Below are positions 60,500 to 64,000 of a stretch of 64,000 bases of DNA, piece by piece. Source of the DNA: Chiloscyllium plagiosum (lineage: Eukaryota); the NCBI RefSeq assembly GCF_004010195.1, contig NC_057711.1, positions 73,165,972 through 73,229,971 on the forward strand. Direction: 5' to 3'. The stretch's first letter is position 1. Each line of letters begins with the position of its first letter. The notes under the pieces were generated by a model, which was not told the origin of the DNA, did no database searches, and worked only from the letters and a program-made list of their open reading frames with translations. The translations under genes were made by a program, and so were the position numbers.

Positions 60500-63400
60500 G
60501 AGCTTTAGAAACTGGTAAGGAGGGAAAAATTCACTATCACTGAAGAAGTTGTACTGAGTAAATTGTTGGAACTGAGTAAATTTTTGGAGCTAACAAGTGC
60601 CTGGGTCCTGATGGGCTTCATGCTAGAGTCTTAAAAAACGATTAGTGATGTAGTTGATGCATTGGTTTTCATTTTCCATAACTCCCATGATTTGGGGCAG
60701 TCCCATTAGATTGGAAGACAGTGAATGTAATTTTTTTTATTCAAAAGGGGAAGGAGACATGAGCAGGTTGTAGCCTTACAGTTGACAAATTTGCTACACA
60801 CACGAGAACTAAACAGGATAGGCAGGAAAGCACTTGACTACGGCGGGTGTGTGTGTGTGTGGTGGGGGGCATTTGGTCAGAAGAATTAAAGATATCTGTT
60901 CACAGTGAGAATGGATCAGTGTAAATAAGGTGCTAACATTTGTTCACGTGTGGAATGTGTGGCAGTACTTCCCTTTGACCCAGAGGGCTGGAAACTGCAC
61001 ACATATTTTACAGTTCGATGTTGGTTTATATTGAAGACTCTTAACAAGACTCATACTCAATAGGAAAAGAACTTGTAATTTAATAAGGTGAATGGAATAT
61101 GCATGTAACAGAACAAACCTGATACATTTTCATGTATACCACACTAAGCAGATTTGAATTTATGAAGCTCAGCTCCCTAATCTTGACCGTTCTGGAATGT
61201 TAATGTCTCAGCCGTGCAAACTAGGAAAACACAAAGGCTGAAACTGAGATAGTAAGAAAGTTAGAAGGTTTCCCTACATGAGACAGAGAGAGAGAAAACA
61301 TTCTTCTGTAACTTACATTCACTGACCTAAGGGTTCAAGGGACACTAGCTGTGAGACAGAGGGGGAGAGACAGGATGAAAGCTGGTGAAAAGGTTAATTC
61401 TTTGTGGTATGACTTAAATGTACACTTGCTTGTCATGGATTGAATGTTTGTATGTTGTTCCGAGGAACTCAAGATCTGGGAATGTTATGAATTTAATTTG
61501 CATTTTGGGAATCAAACATGATTTTTAAAAACTATTTTGTAGGACAATGGTATAGGGCAACATTAGCTGAGTGACGTTAACTCATAACCTTTTCCACATA
61601 GTTTCGACAAGTCTCTCATTATGATGTACTGTTAAAAGGGAGATTATCTAGCTAAGGCATTTGGTTATTTGGCCTGGCTTGATCAGGGTTTCCCACTTTG
61701 ATGTGCATGTAGCTTAATTAGTCAAGCGTACTCAGACCTGTCAATTAGTTTCTCTTCCTCTCCAAACTTTTGCTACTTTATTGCTGCTTATCTGATTAAG
61801 GACATATGGTGTTTTTGTAATCTCCGTACCAATTTCTGTATAAAGACAGCTTGTTTGCAGCAATAAGGGGAACTGCCTGAGACAGCTCTTCGAGGTAAGA
61901 GCCGGAGCCGTTACTGAGCTAATGTTTTAAAATCTTACCTCAAGCCTGACTTGTAGGTATCTATGTTATATTGTAACATTGATGCCATTGATAAATAAAC
62001 TAAACTGTCTGTAAATGTTTTATATTCCAGACTACCACAGAGTACAATCTTCGGGATGAACCAAGAGAGGCTTCCAGGTCCAGTCCATTAAGGATTTCCT
62101 GAGCCGTCTCGAACAGGTACTTTAACAGACATAAAGCAAAAAACTACAGGCCAGTTAGCTGAACATTATTTGTAGTGAAAATGTTAGAAGGTATTTTTAA
62201 AGAATTTTTAACATGGCACTTGAATAAATTCAAAGCAATCTGGCAAAGTTTTTGATAAAAGTTTCATTAATGATGTTTGACCAATCTAATGCAATTCATT
62301 GAGGGGGTAATGTGCTGTGGACAAAGGGGAACCAGTGTATATTCTGTATTTAGACTTCCAGAAGGCATTTGACAAGGTGCCACATCATAGGTTATTGCAG
62401 AATATAAAAATTAATATGGAAGGGAGCATATTGATATGGATAGAAGATCAGCTGGCTAATAGGAAACAGAGTTGATGTAAATAAACTTTTTCAGGTTGGC
62501 ATGATGTGATGAGAGGTGTGCCATAGAAATTGGTGCTGGGATTCCAACTGTTATTAATTTATATAAATGGCTTAGTTGAAGAAATGGAAGGTATGGTTGC
62601 CAAAGTTGCTGACAATGCAAAGATAGGTAGGAAAGTAGGTTATGAAGTGGATAAAAGATGGTTAAAAAAAGGTATTGGTAGGTTAAGTGAGTGAACAATG
62701 TAGTGGCAAATAGAATATAATGTGGGAAAGCAAAGTCGTCCAGTTTGTTAGGAGGAATAAAAAAGAAGCATATTACCTGACGCGTGAGAGATTGTAGAGC
62801 TGTAGAATAAGATCATATGAAATAGGAACAGGAGGAGGCCTTTTGGTCCCTCAAGCTTGCTCCATCATTCAATAGGATCATGGCTGATCCGAAACTCTTC
62901 ACATCCATTTTTTTGTCCCTTCTCCATAAAGTTTGATTTCCCTAAGCTTACCTACAAGGGAAAACATCCTGTCAACATTTACCCTATAAGCCCCTTATGT
63001 TTCAGTGAGATCATCGCTCATTCTTCTAAATGCCAGTGAATAAAGTCCCAACCTATTCATTCTTTGCTCATAAAACAACCCCTCCATACCAGGGATCAAC
63101 CTGGTGAACCTTCTCTGAACTGCCTTCAATGAAATATATCTTTCCTTAAATAAAGGGACCAAAACTGCTCACAGTATTCCAGATGTGGTCTCACCAGCAC
63201 TTGGTATAGCAAGACTTCCCTACCTTTATACACCAACCCCCTTGAAGAATTTGATTGCCTGTGTAAATGAGTTACAAATGATTATGCAGGTAACAAGGAG
63301 AAAGTGAGGACTGCAGATGCTGGAGATCAGAGTTGAGAATGTAGTGCTGGAAAAGCACAGCAGGTCAGGTAGCATCCGAGGAGCAGGAGAATCAATGTTT

Positions 63401-63810
63401 CGGCATGAGCCCTTCAGCAGGAACTATGCAGGTACAGCAAGTAATTTGGATAGGTATTTGAATGTCATTATTTATCATGAGGGGAACTGATTACAAAAGT
63501 CAGGAGTTTAAAAAAGAAAGAGGCAACTTTATTGAAACATATAAAATGCCAAAGGGTCTTGACAGGCCGATGTGGATAAAATGTTCCTCTTATGTTTATG
63601 GGATAATCTAGAACCAGGGGGTCACTATTTAAAAATCACTCATTTAAACATTTTTTTTCTCTCGATATGTCTTTGAAACTGTCTCATTAGAAAAGTGGTG
63701 GAAGCAAAATCCTTTCCTTTTATTTCTTTTAAGGCAGAGGTAGATAGATTCTTGTTAAACAACAGATTTAAAGGTTATTACGGATAGGCAGGAATCTGGA
63801 TTTGTGACTA
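60500..63810 (+). mobile_element. Old CR1 LINE with nested solo LTR, antisense CR1 fragment (~62805-63245) and Penelope family A element (~63296-63422)
   Basis: GPDG.H, NYRPVS, YLDFQKAFDKVPH-type DNA motifs. The Penelope element is flanked by tatgcaggta (63283-63292, 63425-63434). Confidence 0.8.
60760..62127 (+). mobile_element. Solo LTR, 1368 bp
   Basis: TG...CA termini with 4-bp TSD GACA (60756-60759, 62128-62131). Removing it restores the CR1 sequence. TATAAA ~61839 and AATAAA ~61993 suggest + orientation. Confidence 0.75.
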
Positions 63811-64000
63811 TGCTGTGGCTTTAAGAGGTGTATTTTGACTTGTTTTTTGTTTGAACAGAGGTTTTAAGGCAGAAGTAATGAGCTGGCTAGTGAGGCCAAT
63901 AAGTTAAACAGTTTGGGAGGCTTTGGGTATTTATTTTAAGTTGGAACAATAGAAGCAGCCTGAGTGGGTGTGGTCCAGCTCTTACAGATCAGGATTTCCA

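Overview
AT-rich, repeat-dense vertebrate DNA. The repeat set (HE1-type V-SINEs, HER1/CR1 LINEs, DeuSINE, Penelope-like elements) points to a cartilaginous fish, probably a shark. Two spliced host genes are on the + strand and neither appears in the ORF track. The first is the last two coding exons of a TEX43/SPMIP10-like gene (192-300, 5693-5905). The second is a JTB (jumping translocation breakpoint) gene with a CpG-rich promoter at ~16.6-16.8 kb and four in-phase coding exons (23545-23585, 30462-30547, 36053-36126, 44657-44813); its signal-peptide exon is unresolved. The rest is mostly nested mobile DNA: many CR1 fragments, about ten HE1 SINEs, an internally deleted 5.1-kb L1, a pogo/Tc2-type DNA transposon, a Gypsy remnant, a 1.37-kb solo LTR and three Penelope-like families. 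The most notable hidden signal is a set of minimal hammerhead-ribozyme cores (CUGANGA-stem II-GAAA-palindrome-UH) in all three Penelope-like families, often inside fold-back insertions flanked by target-site duplications. Family names come from motif recognition only, and repeat boundaries are approximate unless a TSD is given.
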